Of a stretch of 64,000 nucleotides of DNA, positions 51,109 through 64,000 are shown one piece after another. The DNA lies in the NCBI GenBank assembly GCA_002104905.1, contig MCFE01000156.1, positions 62,001 to 126,000 on the forward strand. The letters are read 5' to 3'. The position numbers and the translations under genes are program-made. Numbering within the stretch: the first letter of the stretch is position 1; the number at the start of each line of letters is the position of its first letter. Source of the stretch: Basidiobolus meristosporus CBS 931.73. Lineage: Eukaryota > Fungi > Basidiobolomycota. The notes beneath the pieces were generated by a model that made no database searches, had not been told where the DNA came from, and was given only the letters and a program-made list of their open reading frames with translations.

Positions 51109-51699
51109 GGAAGTGTATGGAAGGCGAACCACCAATCACAGGGACGGTAGACCCGTGTTCCGATCCGAATCATTTACATATTCCGTAGTTTCCAGCACCC
51201 CACCCCGATTATTTTATATATAGCATTTTATTGGTTTCTCTTCCTATGAATAACGCATTTTATAGAAATGGATCAATTTTCACTTGGAGATATATAGTTG
51301 AGGCGGGAGTTTTCCTAGGCCCCCAATGCGCAGTCAACAACCCCAGTTCCACACCAGCACCCCCCGCATAATCAAAATGTATATACTTCGACCTATAATA
51401 CAACTATTATCATCATAGAAGCCATTTCATCATTAAAATTTGGGATCTTGGTAGAAGATCATACAAGTGACTGCCTCTATTCCGTCGAAGATGCTTTGGT
51501 GGTTTGATTCCTTCCTTCCTAGAAACTTGGTGAATCACGTAAAATAAGCGGAGTCAGGGGAGGGGTATCCGTTCGGGCTTCGCGAATCCACCTGGGGAAA
51601 ATTGTTGGAGTTGTATTCAATAACCGTACACCCGTGCTGGCTGGCATTCTGCGACGCAGTAACCATGAGACAGGCAATAGAGGGTGTGGCTTTGCGTGT

Positions 51700-52650
51700 C
51701 TTCGTCAAGCTACTTCACTGCATTTCAGGCCACTGGGAAAGAGTTATTTAACTCACTGCACAACTATAGAATCCGCCATGGCATCTGCCAAGCACAGGAC
51801 GCACCGAGGATACGGTGGAGAATATTTGAAGTCTGTCATGGTGGGGTTCCAACACATCCAGCTGCCCACCGTATTGGCACTCGCAGTGGCTGGTTAAGGG
51901 AGCGCCCACAGTAGAAGGTTACCAGAATTAACATGTGGTATCTGCAAACAAGATCAAACCAGGGAAATGAGCAGTTACACCCTGCTGAGTACAAAATCCA
52001 TTCTGAGGGAAGTCGTCTGTCGTGCCCCACCTGGATCAGGTATGCTGGTTGGGATTTCTATATGTAGTGGCTGTTCACAGGCTTCCTTCTGGATTTTTGG
52101 GTGCTCCTCTCATGCATTCATCGTTAGTCAGGTGCAGATGGTGGATCCTGACCCCCAACCCTACCTTCCTCCTGACCCTCGGATCTATCGAATATTGGGA
52201 GAAGGGCGACGCTTTCGGAACGATTGAAGGGCATGAATCTGACAGACACCAACGCTTCATTAGGCAAACCCAGCCTTCATTTAGCGTCCCCCTTTGCCGC
52301 TATGCTGACTAGGGGCCAGCAATGCATATATATGGGACCGCTGTGGGGTGTAGAAGAGATAAGTCAACCAACAGCCGTAAAACCTGGAGTAGGTTATTAT
52401 GTGCATTCGTGTTCCCACCTCTGAGCAAGCCAAATCAAGCCAATACGTGTATGAGCATTGCCATACCGATGTACAAGACCATTCGAGCCACCAATGGGTC
52501 GACGCAACCGTCTTCAGCGACGATGACAAGGCGAGGCTTCGAAGCGTTGCTCGGGCTGTCCCCTATTCCCTCATAAGAGCATTTGAGGGGGCCCCGATTA
52601 TCGGGAATGTGGGCGAATCTAGATGGGCATCATCCCACTGAGCAGTCAGA
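51700..52650 (+). other. Unresolved multi-intron gene candidate
   Basis: Several GT..AG intron-like segments (e.g. GTATGC 52040) and protein-like stretches (DATVFSDDDKARLRSVARAVPY). No full model obtained. Confidence 0.25.
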
Positions 52651-54659
52651 CACACGTCGATGATGTTGCTACGTCAGGCGGTCCCATCGGCCACACCAAA
52701 CACCCGAAATCCCCCACCATTCGATATGTGCCTGATCCAGTACTTGTGGTGACAAGCACCAAGGCCATTCAATTTCAGGTGCAGCGAAACACGCAGCAAC
52801 TCATTAATGTGGAGCGGCGTAGTCGTTTTCAGGCGAAATGGGAGATGTCGATGCGGTGGTTCGGCGGCCTTCCCACGATAGAGCTCGATAAGATACTCGA
52901 CCAACTGGTATAGATTGCCATATGGATTTAATGGTCGTGTAACAAACTATCTCGTATATTAGTGGCATCCTCCAAATACATGGCCGATTTGACTTCTGGT
53001 CACACATACTCTATTGAGTAGGAAGCGGCTGGCTATTTAGGTGGGTGAACATAAGGAAACTGGTTAGACCTTCGTTCCGGAATACTGCAGCGGCCCATTG
53101 GCAAATCGGTAACCCGCACACCTGTACCCATCCGGCATGGGTGGTAGGCCTCTCGCGGTCTCCACCAATCGTCATTGGTCGCACCGTGTACCATTCTCGC
53201 TTCCACATATTTACGTGGGTGTGTAGGATCTAAATCTAGTGATTCATGTGTGTTATGTGCCATTGCATGTATACCCACAGGTTGCATGGAGTGCTTATGA
53301 GTTGGTAAATTGGGTGCCGACTTCTACTGGACCGGTTTCCTTGGATTCTTCTGGTGCTGGTAAGGATGCTCCGGGGATCCACACGTCATACACGGACGAA
53401 TTTAAGATTTTAACTTTACCCTTCAATAGCAACAGTATTCTGATCCTAGCCAGGTATTGGATGTGATGTCCACTCTGCCACTAATGTGGATCCTATTGAA
53501 ACGATGGCTAAGACATCATGGAAGTCACCCACTTTGGATCTCTGATGTCCACAGAAGTGTTCCATTGGGTGGCCGAGATTAGAAAGTGACGATTATCGGC
53601 GTCCAGCATAGATCATCAACCAAATCTGTGGCGGAAGCTCTTCAAGAATAAGGTGGATAGGTAGCCTTCCGGATCAGTCAACCTACGATTCCTCAATAGT
53701 CTGTAGAGGGGAAACCCGGAATCCTGGATCAGTCCATCGGAGCGTAGTATTCCGATTTGATCTGATCCGAACCGAAAAGAATGGCCTACGTTTCCTGTGG
53801 GTGGGCACTTCTGGTGTACTTCGATAAACTGTTTATTTATGGCATGGGGGCTCGGAGATACTCTCTTAAGGAAATCTATATCTATAGGCTCGATGGATCT
53901 AATTTACCACACGATGGCTTCCATACCATCACTGCTCAATATATTGATTATTTCCTATTCAGAAACTCCGGAGTACGCATCCCCATGCGGTTGGTCAATT
54001 CCGAGGGTTAGGCTTAAATCAGGTATCCTCGCTACATATCCATATTGCTGAGGGTGCCTGAGATAATCCGGAAGTGGGCTGACATATTAATAGCCTGCCT
54101 CGAACCACAACTCTCTCCGCCCTACTCCAGGGTCTTTCATAAGACTATAGTTAGTGCGCTTCTTGCTTTGTGGGTTGCAGTTCATGTTTTTCCATTCAAC
54201 CTATTGGGTAAACATCTATTTTGCAAGATGACTTGTGTATGTGACATCTCATTTATCTGGGCATTCCTACAATTCTACACCATTGAACAAGTTACAAGCC
54301 ACTAGGTGAACAGAGATGGCGGACAGTTGGGTATTTGATACCCAACTGGCTAGTGCCAATGTGAGCTTATTTGTTGAATATATAATTACCACTCTAGTGT
54401 CTGTGATTCTTTAGATTTGTGGCTGAAGTAATATGAAGTTGTCAGTGTGACCATGAATGATGCACACCTTTGGTGAGCTCAATGTACAAACACTTCATTG
54501 TAGTGGATATTCTCTGCAAGAAAAGGTCTTAGTCATATTTCAGTAGCCACTTCCTTCCATGTTTACTATGTACATTTGCAGCTCTGCAGTACTAGTGAAT
54601 CATTTGCTGCCATAGAGTACTGTTTGTGGTAGAAATTTGTAATTCCACTATTCTACATG

Positions 54660-54784
54660 TTTGCTATGTCAAGACCATGTAAGAGTATAAATACTACTTT
54701 TACATTCAATAAATCATTAGGTGAACACCTCATAATCAACTTGTTCTTCTAATCACTTCCAATATCTCCAAGACTCTTACAACA
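54660..54784 (+). repeat. Copia LTR 3' fragment
   Basis: Ends ccaatatctccaagactcttacaaca. Confidence 0.75.
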
Positions 54785-55097
54785 CTATTGGGACCTAGAA
54801 GCTGCCACCATAAATATGTGAGGCCTAACCTGCCTATACATCTTAGGTTTCAGATGTAAAGGGTTCAATTGCTTGCTGGAGAAGACATCTTTGGTTGTTA
54901 TGGCTGTATGTAATGGAACTCAATAAAAAATTGTTCTATCTTAGAGAAACTATAGACAAAATCATGTACTGAAGTGTACTGACCCAAGGTGTATTGAAAG
55001 AACAGAGCAACAATGTTGTGGGTTTTGTAACTACACTAATATGTCCATTAACTTAGTCACATGGCTTGTAGTCTGTAAATCCTGGAGGATTAAGCCC

Positions 55098-55444
55098 TGT
55101 TGTAAAAATTTGGAATTCCACCTAAATATTCAACTAACTTAGTCACTTAGATCATTACCTTCATATCCTAGGAAATACTGACTAAATTCCTTGTTGGGAT
55201 TTACTTAGAATATTTTCACCAATATATAAGATACCCAGAACATGAAAATTCTCAAGGCTGTTCAAAAAGCCCCAAATTTTGCATAAATGTTCTTGGGACC
55301 TTCCTAAACCTATTCTATGTGTTTGTTATGCCAAGACCATGTAAAAGCATAAATACTACTTTTGCATTCCAGAAATCATTAAGTAAAACCACATAATCTA
55401 CTTGTTCTCCCAATCACTTCCAATATCTCAAGACTCTTAAAACA
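55098..55444 (+). repeat. Copia solo LTR with intact 5-bp TSD AGCCC
   Basis: tgttgtaaaa...ctcttaaaaca flanked on both sides by AGCCC. Confidence 0.92.
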
Positions 55445-55609
55445 AGCCCATGATTCTTCTTATGATTTACCAAATATCAGGTGTCCCAAACATGAAAATG
55501 TTCAAGGTAGTCCAAGGGCTCCCAAACTTTGCATATGTGCTCTTATAACCACTCTAAGCAGAGTGAATGTACTTTTTCTCAGATGCCTACAGCATGTAAA
55601 AGTTGAAAG

Positions 55610-55957
55610 TGTTGTAAGAGTCTTGGAGAAATTGGAAGTGATTAGAAGAACAAGTAGATTATGTGGTTTCACTTAATGATTTCTGGAATGCAAAAGTAGT
55701 ATTTATGCTTTTACATGGTCTTGGCATAACAAACACATAGAATAGGTTTAGGAAGGTCCCAAGAACATTTATGCAAAATTTGGGGCTTTTTAATCAGCCT
55801 TGAGAATTTTCATGTTCTGGGTACCTGATATCTTATATTGTTACATACATATCTTAGAAAATACTGACCAAACTCCTTGTTGGGATTTACTTGGAATATT
55901 TTCACTAAGCGACTAAGTTAGGTGAGTATTTAGGTGGAATTAGAAATTTTTACAACA
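55610..55957 (-). repeat. Copia solo LTR carrying an internal ~70-bp inversion
   Basis: Minus-strand LTR ends are intact, but ~55838-55908 reads in plus orientation. Confidence 0.85.
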
Positions 55958-56560
55958 AATAAATCATCAAGTGAAACCCACAAAATCCACTTGTTTGCCC
56001 AATCACTTCCAATATCTCCAAAACACTTACAACATTATAAAGATATAATTCATAACTTGCAACTGTACCTTCAATGCCAAGGCCCTTTGCGTTCTAAGAG
56101 GTTCAATGATACTGGAAGTGATTAGGAGAACAAGTGGATTATGTGGTTTCCACTTGATGATTTATTCAATGCAAAGGTAGTATATATACTTTGGAATGAT
56201 CTTGGTAAAATAAAATGTAGAATGTGGTCAGGAAGGCTCCAAGAGCATGCATGCAAAGTTCAGAGCTGTTTGGACAAATCTGAGATTTCTAATATTTGAT
56301 GGGATTTGTAGACTATGATCTGAGAGGCCAAGTTAAGTGAATACCTGGGCGTAATCATGAAATTTACAACATGATGAAGGCATAAATGGCATTAGTACAT
56401 TTAATAAATCATGAAGTGAGAGACATATTATCTACCAGCTCTCCCAGTCACTTTCAGTTGCTCCAAGATCCTCCATATAGATTACATACATTTGACAGCC
56501 CACTTGCAAGTGAATGTTTGCTTGTGGCAAGTAGACTTAGGAATCTGGAGGTGATTTGGA
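55958..56560. repeat. Further decayed copia LTR fragments in both orientations
   Basis: 55958-56050 (+), ~56110-56369 (-, ends tttacaaca) and weaker pieces to ~56560. Confidence 0.65.
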
Positions 56561-57284
56561 AGATGTTTGTTGACAAGTAATGATGTGTGGTTACTATGCA
56601 GTAATGCTCAGCCAACGCTTCCAACGGGTGGGTAGGTAGAGATGCCCTTTGGTTCCAGACAGTGATCCATCCCCTCAAAATTGAATTGGGAATAAGTGGT
56701 AGGAGGTGTGCTTCTACTTTCTGAAACTTTACACGGAGCTTCAGAGAACAAACAACGTGTCGTGGAAGACCATGGAAAGAGAGGTGGAGTTCGTAGGCCA
56801 TTGGACGACCTTGAAAGCCTTCTACATATTCAATGCTTCCACCATGAATTCCGAGCCTTAATTGGTGGAAAGGACTCCTTGGCATCTAATGAATATCCAC
56901 CGTGTATCCATGCATACGTGTTACCAGTAGGCAAGCAGTAAAACCCCTTCCGTAAATGGGGGAATGGCTCGATGTTGTGTTGGTCCCGGTGTAGAAACCG
57001 TGAGGTAGAGCATAGCTGGGCCGCCACTTGATCCATCTCTTGGTCGTTGCCAGCATCGATTAAGCGATCCTGGTGGATCCTCGCCCGAATGGCTCCAGCG
57101 ATTATTCACCGGGACGACAGCCAATGGTAGGGGGTGAGCCATGCCATGGTACTGATGTTGATTTGGGCCAGGGAAAAATTCCAAGATGCAAATTGGTTGG
57201 GCTGGGCTGGGCTGGACCCATTGCCGTCGTCGACGTTTTTCTTACGCGCTCCCGTCCTCAACTTTCCCCAAGCCCCACCCAACG

Positions 57285-58795
57285 ATGACCCAAAGTGACC
57301 TCGATCGGTAGTGAACCCCTTGGCTGTACAGGAGCACCTCTCCCCGTAACTAACGACTCCTTTCCTTTTCTCCAACCTGGGGGCATAGTCAGATAGAACA
57401 GCTGAGACGATGTGAGATAATCACCGAGAACGAGGTGAAGCAGCTCTGCAACAAGGCCCGTGAGATATTGATCGAGGAGAGTAATGTCCAGCGAGTAGAT
57501 GCCCCGGTCACGGTAATATCTCCCCACCACCCGACGGACTCCTGAGCGACGGCTAACCCTTTCTCCCCAGATCTGCGGTGATATCCATGGGCAGTTCTAC
57601 GACCTGAAGGAGCTGTTCAGGGTCGGGGGGAAATGTCCGGACACGAATTACTTGTTCATGGGTAAAACCTAGGCTCCCCCCTCCGAGTTGCTGCGTCCAC
57701 CCACGACTGACCCTTCTTTCCGACACAGGGGATTTTGTTGACCGCGGCTTCTACAGCGTGGAGACGTTCCTGCTGCTCCTGGCCCTCAAAGTAACTTCGC
57801 TTCACCGATGCTAACCTTAGCCCCCTGTTCGGAACGCACTTTCTGACCCCCTTCCCCTTCCCCACCCCCACCCCCACCTCCAGGTTCGTTACCCGGATCG
57901 TATCACCCTGATCCGAGGAAACCACGAGAGTCGCCAGATCACCCAGGTGTATGGGTTCTACGAGGAATGCCTGCGGAAGTACGGCTCGCCCAACGTTTGG
58001 CGCTACTGCTGCGAGATCTTCGACTACCTTAGTCTCTCGGCGATCATCGACGACCGGATCTTCTGCGTGCACGGCGGATTGTCGCCCTCCATCACGACGG
58101 TGGACCAGGTAACGGTTTGGCGGGAGGAAGGATGCGATGGAACGCTGAGGTGCTGATCGGTTCGAGATTTCTTTAGATCCGCACGATCGATCGCAAGCAG
58201 GAGGTCCCCCACGACGGCGGGATGTGCGATCTCCTGTGGTCCGACCCCGACGGTACGTTTCAACCGAGCTAGTGGGCGGGATTGTAGCTGTTGAGTAACG
58301 CAGGTTGCTTCACTTCCCTTAGAGATCGAAGGCTGGGGGCTGAGCCCGCGCGGCGCTGGCTACCTGTTCGGTGGAGATGTGGTCAAGACGGTGGGTGGTT
58401 TTCGTTGAGGAACAAACTGCATGGAGTGGTGGTACTGACCCGAGCGGCTCGACTCGGCACCTGTTCATTTTTAGTTCCTCCACGCCAACAACCTGGACCT
58501 GATCGCCCGGGCGCACCAGCTGGTGATGGAAGGGTACAAGCTCATGTTCGATGACACCATCGTGACCGTTTGGTCAGCACCAAACTATTGCTACAGGTAA
58601 GCCCGTGGCGCGGACATCCCGCCCCTCGCGTGCCCAATCGCTCACCAACCGAATTGTTCACGCAGATGCGGAAACGTGGCGGCGATCTTGGAGCTGGACG
58701 AGCATCTCAACAAGAACTACAAGATCTTCGAAGCAGCGCCCCAGGAAGTTCGCAATGCTCCGGCAAAGAAGCCGGCGCCCGACTATTTCTTGTGA
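57285..58795 (+). CDS. PPH3: Ser/Thr protein phosphatase 4 catalytic subunit, 306 aa; exons 57285-57307, 57389-57512, 57571-57661, 57729-57790, 57884-58108, 58177-58252, 58323-58390, 58475-58596, 58666-58795
   Basis: Spliced frame gives GDIHG, GDFVDRG, RGNHE, HGGLSP, SAPNY and C-terminal DYFL. N-terminus [13 protein letters not shown] and [12 protein letters not shown] are PP4-type. Exons sum to 921 nt. Confidence 0.95.
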
Positions 58796-59349
58796 AGGGC
58801 CGGCCATACCCATACCCATATCCCCAACCCGGTCTCGGGACGGAAGAGTAAACAGAGGCCAGGCCGAGCCCCGAATTCCCAAAGATACTATTCCCCTTTC
58901 ACTTTCCTCCCCATCAACTTTACGCCCAGCTTACCCTTGCCACCCTACCCATCTTCTCTCTAATCCATTCTATTAATATATGCTCTGGGGAAGATGGTCC
59001 TGCCTTCCGATGCATCATGCTGAGGTTTGAATTCCCTTCACCACTCGATTCTCTAGCTTATTTGAGGGTAGTCCAGCGGGCCAGTAACTGGCCACGCCAC
59101 GCTTGGCTCACGCAAAGGTGCGCTGTCTATTAAGGGGGTTTATTTTCATTTGAGTGGCATTGAGAAGAGACTCCTGACGGATCATCAGCAGTAGCCTATC
59201 TAGAGGAATCCCACCACTCTTCACTTCGCTGATACAAATAAAAATGGGCTGAGGATGAGGTGTGGATGCTTGCGTGATGTAAATGTAGGTAGGGGAGAGG
59301 AATGTGTGGTGGAGGAACCGTGGACGGTGGTGCTGGCAAACGATCGTGA

Positions 59350-60247
59350 TCAGAGGCCATTGTCGAGGCGGTATTTGATCAGGTCGGCGATAGTGATCAT
59401 TTTGATGCCGTGCTTCACGGAAAATGCTTTGCAGTCGTCACGACGTGCCATTGTGCCGTCATCATTGACCAGCTCACAAATGACAGCCACCGGGCTTAAT
59501 CCGGAAAGCTTGCATAGATCTACAGTTCAAGGCGAGGGTTAGTGCGAGCTAGAGGGATACTGGGGGCTCGTGAGACCTACCAACTGAAGCCTCAGTATGT
59601 CCAGTACGAGTGAGGACTCCGCCATCGCGAGCGCGCAATGGAAGGATATGTCCAGGACGGTTGAATTCGGTTGGCTCGGTGATAGACAGATCCGCCAAGC
59701 TACGAGCAGTCAGGGCCCTGTCATGTGCAGAGATTCCGGTGGTAGTGTCTGCGCATACAACTCCGTCAGCCTTAGGAAACGGGAGGTTGAAAGAAAATGG
59801 CGCACTCACCATGCCTGTAGTCCACACTGATTGTGTATGCGGTCTTGTGGGGATCGGTACTGTTCGGTACCATAAGGGGGAGCTGTAGTTGGTCAGCCCT
59901 TTCGTTGGTCATAGGGACACATACATAGCCACTACAGCACGGAACCTGGTTAGCGTGGGGGAGGGAAACCTGACAAACAAGGATTTCTGTACCTCGTGTA
60001 ACGGATCATGAAGCTCATGTCTTTAGTGGAGACCTTTTCGGCGGCAATGATCAGGTCCCCTTCGTTTTCACGATCTTCGTTATCAACCACAAGGAGAAAC
60101 TTGCCTGCGGCTAAACAAAGAACTGGGTCAGCGCCACGACATACACACAGCCCAAGCGCACAACATACCGAAATCCTCCAAAGCGGATTGGATGGCGTCG
60201 AATTCGCAGGTCGAGTGGTCTTCTGGCAAAAGAGAGGGGTTGGTCAT
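59350..60247 (-). CDS. RIB3: 3,4-dihydroxy-2-butanone 4-phosphate synthase (riboflavin biosynthesis), 5 exons
   Basis: Spliced frame gives [41 protein letters not shown] and GHTEASVDL. Confidence 0.95.
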
Positions 60248-60879
60248 ATTCAACGAGGTAGAAGAGATAGCGACGGTCGCAGTGAAGATGGTGGCAGAAG
60301 GGTGGATGAAGGTAGATTATAAAAGAATTTTCAATTAACTGGCGATTCGTCAAGATTCACCAACCATTAGTTCACCAACCATTATATATATTGTAGTGAA
60401 TAGATTCGCATCAGACAGGCTCATTAATAACGCATCAGTTCGAGGAAACAGCTCGGAAAAACATCCAGACTAATTTGATCGATTGTTTCATTTGGGATGG
60501 CCCAGTGGTATCGGATCAAATCCCTGTTCCAATTAGAAATCAACTTCTCGATAATAATGAAGACTAATCATGCAGCTTGTGCTGAAGTGATTCCATCAGG
60601 GGATCAGCAACAGTTGGATAGCATCTTACTAATCAACCCAAGCCCTCCACATATCAGAATCTAGGAAAAAAATCACCGTTGTACTGGACACAGCTCCCCC
60701 GTTCACCAATGATGCTTTATTCTCACATGTCAAGGGTAGACTCAAAGGATGTGAAACGTGGGCTAATTCATCGAATGATTAGCAAGCGATGCGTACCATT
60801 CGAGGAGACACCTAGCCACCACGCATTGAGCGAAGTTTCCGAGGATTTTCGAGCCGCCTCGTCATGTCCACGGCCGCTT

Positions 60880-61300
60880 CCCTCCCTTTGGTGGTTGAGT
60901 GGATCTGGGATAGCCCCTCATGAGACTGTGCTGGGCTGAGCTCACCAGCATGGAATCGGACGTTCTGTCCGTAACTCCCCACCAAACGCTGGCTTCAACT
61001 CCAATCAACGGTAAAGCGCTGAAATCCTTCTTCAGGAAGGGTCTCTGTGCTAGATAGATCCTTGTGATACAGCTCCTATCAATTTTGCTGGTGCCACCGT
61101 GGGCGCTGCGGCAGGGCGAAGCGCACAACCACCAAGAGCCAACGGGCCATCCCTCCGAGTCGCCCACCACCCTCCCAAGGGTGTGGCTGCGATAAAGACC
61201 ACAGCACTTGGCAAACCTTTTCGAAAATTAGAGTTGTCCGCCTCAGCGGATCCTCCACCAAAAGGGGGATGGTTAAGGGTCGCACTGTCTGATTGCTGGG
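60880..61300 (-). other. Possible small spliced gene, unknown product
   Basis: A branch/acceptor (CTAAT..CCCAG), a GTGGTG..CGCAG intron and a GTGAGC donor give about 95 open codons with no recognisable domain. Confidence 0.2.
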
Positions 61301-62395
61301 ATTAGATAGTGCCGGAGCGAGGCAATTGGATTTGTAATTGTTGCTTAAAATATGCATCCGATGCCAGTAACCATGCTCTAAGAAGGCCCATTTCTCCGTT
61401 TAGATGGTCTTCCTGGTGGATCTAAGATTCGTGCTTCCTGCGAGCTTGATTGGTATTATCGGCTGCTGGATGACCAAACGCTTCCTATCTATGGCTGATT
61501 AGATATAGATATAAGCTTGCGAGGAACCAGCCTGGTGATTCCTGCAGCTAAGCCTTGGTCAGCAATTTGGAATCGAATGGAAAGAGATCGTTGGGAACCC
61601 TGATTGGTTTCAGGTGTTCTATGGAAATCAGTGATCATAGGCTCTTAGGCGCACAGCGTAGCTTTTGGGCGTAGGTTGTTTATCGTCGACAATTGATATG
61701 GCCCTCTTGTCCTAGAAAAGATTTCGAAGTAGACAGCAGTTGTCTGGAACGACCTCCCGAGGTTTCTATGGGAATATGGGCTTTACACTCTCCTTCCGCT
61801 GTTGGGTTGTTCCGCAGTTTAGTTACACCTGAATCGCCCCTTGCTCCTAACCCAAAGGGCCCCAATGGAATTCGCTCGGGAGAAATCAAAGAACTCCAGC
61901 GTCAGTGGCAAAACTAGCTCACCTGTGCCTCTTGCGAGTCCACGGGTTTCTCTTACGCATATCTTCAGCTCACGAACCGCTACGGGAAGGTGAAAATCTC
62001 TGCAGTCACACCAAATAGGCTGCTGCTGGATATATCTGTTATGTGAGCTTACCAATTAATATGCTTTCACGAATAGCCTGGATTTTGTTTGTATCATGGG
62101 TGCGGCACCGATATTGCTACGCTTGACTGAGCATACAATTGTCGTGCGGATGCTGATATATATACCTCATGCCTGTACAGCTATTGGCTAGCAACAATTG
62201 TTAACGCAGGATCATTAGGAACTTTGAGTTAACCATCATATATTATACGAATAGCACTTTCAGCTGGGTGGCTTACAATATCTTACATGTAGACTACATT
62301 ATATACGAAGGGATGTACGGGGATAGAAGACAAGGAGGGGGATCAGGTACATATAAAGGTGATCAATGGGCTACGGTTGCCTGACAACGTGCTCT

Positions 62396-64000
62396 CTAAT
62401 CTACAATAGCGAACTCGGGAAATTTGGTTTTCAAGGTATCGATTGACGAAGGATCAACCTCTGGCAAGCAGGGCTCAGAAATATGGATTTGCACCAAGTC
62501 GGAGACATCCATTCGTCCCAGCATATCGAAAAACTCCTGGCCTAAGCCCCAGTTGACGAGGCTAAGCTTTGTCAGAGTTCGCAGGAAACGAGTGGTGGTG
62601 ATGGGTTCTACATACAACCTCGCTTGGTCTCCATTCGAGTAGGCCGGATTCTCATTGGACACCTTGCTGACTTTGTTCAAACTCAGTTCCACCAAACCCG
62701 TGCATTTCTTGGCGACTACATGCAGCGTCCTCGGTCCAAGACTCCCGCTGTGAATGTGCAGAGTGCTTAGAGAGTTGCCTAGGCTTCTCACTATGTCGTA
62801 AACACAGTACTCATCGATGGTGGCGGAATCCAGTGCAAGGTGTTTGAGGTTGTTGCAATATTTGCCAACTACGTTGCCAAATCCATTAGGCAGATTGCTC
62901 GAATTGACGAACAGTGTTTTCAACGAGCTACCGCAATGTGTAAACAATGCCTGCCAAGAGTCGAGATTCAGCTTGCCTCTTATGGATTGAGTCAAAGTTG
63001 TCTCGAAACACGGTAAGCTGATCTCGATGCTCTGCATGGTTCTGGGTAAACCACTGGCAAGAGCGACCATTTGTTGGTGACCTATCTGGACGCCTGACAG
63101 CTTTAGACATCTCAAATGAGTCCACGAGCGCTCATACCACGAATTTGGCAACGTCAGCATCAGGCTGGTGAAGTCCGATCTTCTGAGATCCATTTCCAGC
63201 TCGACCAACCGAGCCCCAAAATGGAAGGCTATTTCTTCACTGGTGTCCATGATCCTTCGATCCAAGGTGGAGTTCCCGTACACATGCAAATTCTGAATCC
63301 TCAGCCGGGTGATACCAGGACACATGCGATTCAGCCTTGCGGCAAGTTTGTTTGGTATACCGTAGGCAGTTAAGGTGAAGTCCTGGACGGATGGCGTAGC
63401 TGATAGAACCATCTCCAAGAAATCTTCCCTTAATTCTCCGCATGGCTTGAGGCGGAATTCCTCCATGATCCTCAATCGATGTAGCTGCCGAGCTTCTGGC
63501 ATGTATGCGTGTCTGCTGCGCGAGGATATGCCTGGGTGCGCGCCCTTTTGTACCTGGATGCTCAGATCCTCCAGCAATGGACATTTATCTAGCAACTGAT
63601 ACAGAAAGACGAGGCCGAGGTCGGTCTGCTCGATGGACAAATGCTCCAACACTCGCAAGTTTCGGAAAGGGAAATGCGAAATTCGTGAACACGTCAGATA
63701 TCCCGGCGAGAACTTCAATACGCGCAGATTGGTGAGCTGTAGGACCCAAGGAAGGAGCTGGTCAAGCATCTTGGTCGAGTAGTTGGGCGCTTCGACTCTC
63801 TTTACCAGTGAGTTGACCGATTCTAATGAGTGAGTTAGCATGGGGGTTTATACTTTGAGTAATATGGATCTCGCGCTTACGTTGAGGTGCTTTGAAGTGA
63901 AGAAGTCGAGTGTCGGGCTCCTTTGTAATAACCATCCGGGATAGCGCGGGTGCTCTCCATAGGCATTTCAGCCCAACATCGCTCCACGTGGAGCAGACCA
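62396..64000 (-). CDS. F-box/leucine-rich-repeat (RNI-like) protein, 5' end beyond the window; intron 63823-63880
   Basis: The upstream exon reads VCSTWSDVGLKCLWRAPAL (end of an F-box). A GTAAGC..GCTAAC..TAG intron joins it in frame to the LRR-like ORF (L..L.L repeats, CPLLEDLSI, CNNLKHLAL). Confidence 0.8.

Noticed and set aside
57656-58976. ORFs listed over the PP4 and RIB3 loci in other frames or strands
   Set aside because: They are by-products of GC-rich exons; the spliced models account for the sequence.

Overview
Eukaryotic, fungal-type genomic DNA: genes have short 50-95 nt GT-AG introns, and SFP1, RIB3, PP4 and F-box/LRR genes are present. An early-diverging fungus is inferred but not proven. 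The window has two compartments. (1) About 1-47,000 is a CpG-depleted nest of transposons. Its scaffold is several decayed copies of a three-gene CACTA/En-Spm-like unit (ORF-X ->, Transposase_21-type transposase <-, lysine-rich ORF-A ->). Inserted into it are: an intact single-ORF Ty3/gypsy element with identical 368-bp LTRs (7881-12818); a decayed sister copy (19171-24107); a second gypsy family with ~1.07-kb LTRs and a GCGC-type target (28154-32265, solo LTR 642-1702); and a Harbinger/IS5-like element with MITE derivatives, one a 730-bp fold-back. Nested Ty1/copia elements with a Ty5-type half-tRNA PBS occupy 33990-46900. (2) About 47,000-64,000 is CpG-normal and gene-rich: SFP1 (2 exons), PP4 catalytic subunit (9 exons), RIB3 (5 exons), a partial F-box/LRR gene, several gene candidates I could not resolve, and a small island of copia solo LTRs (54.4-56.6 kb). 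No rRNA, tRNA or CRISPR array was seen. All alignments, counts and coordinates were done by eye; boundaries marked approximate may be off by tens of bases.
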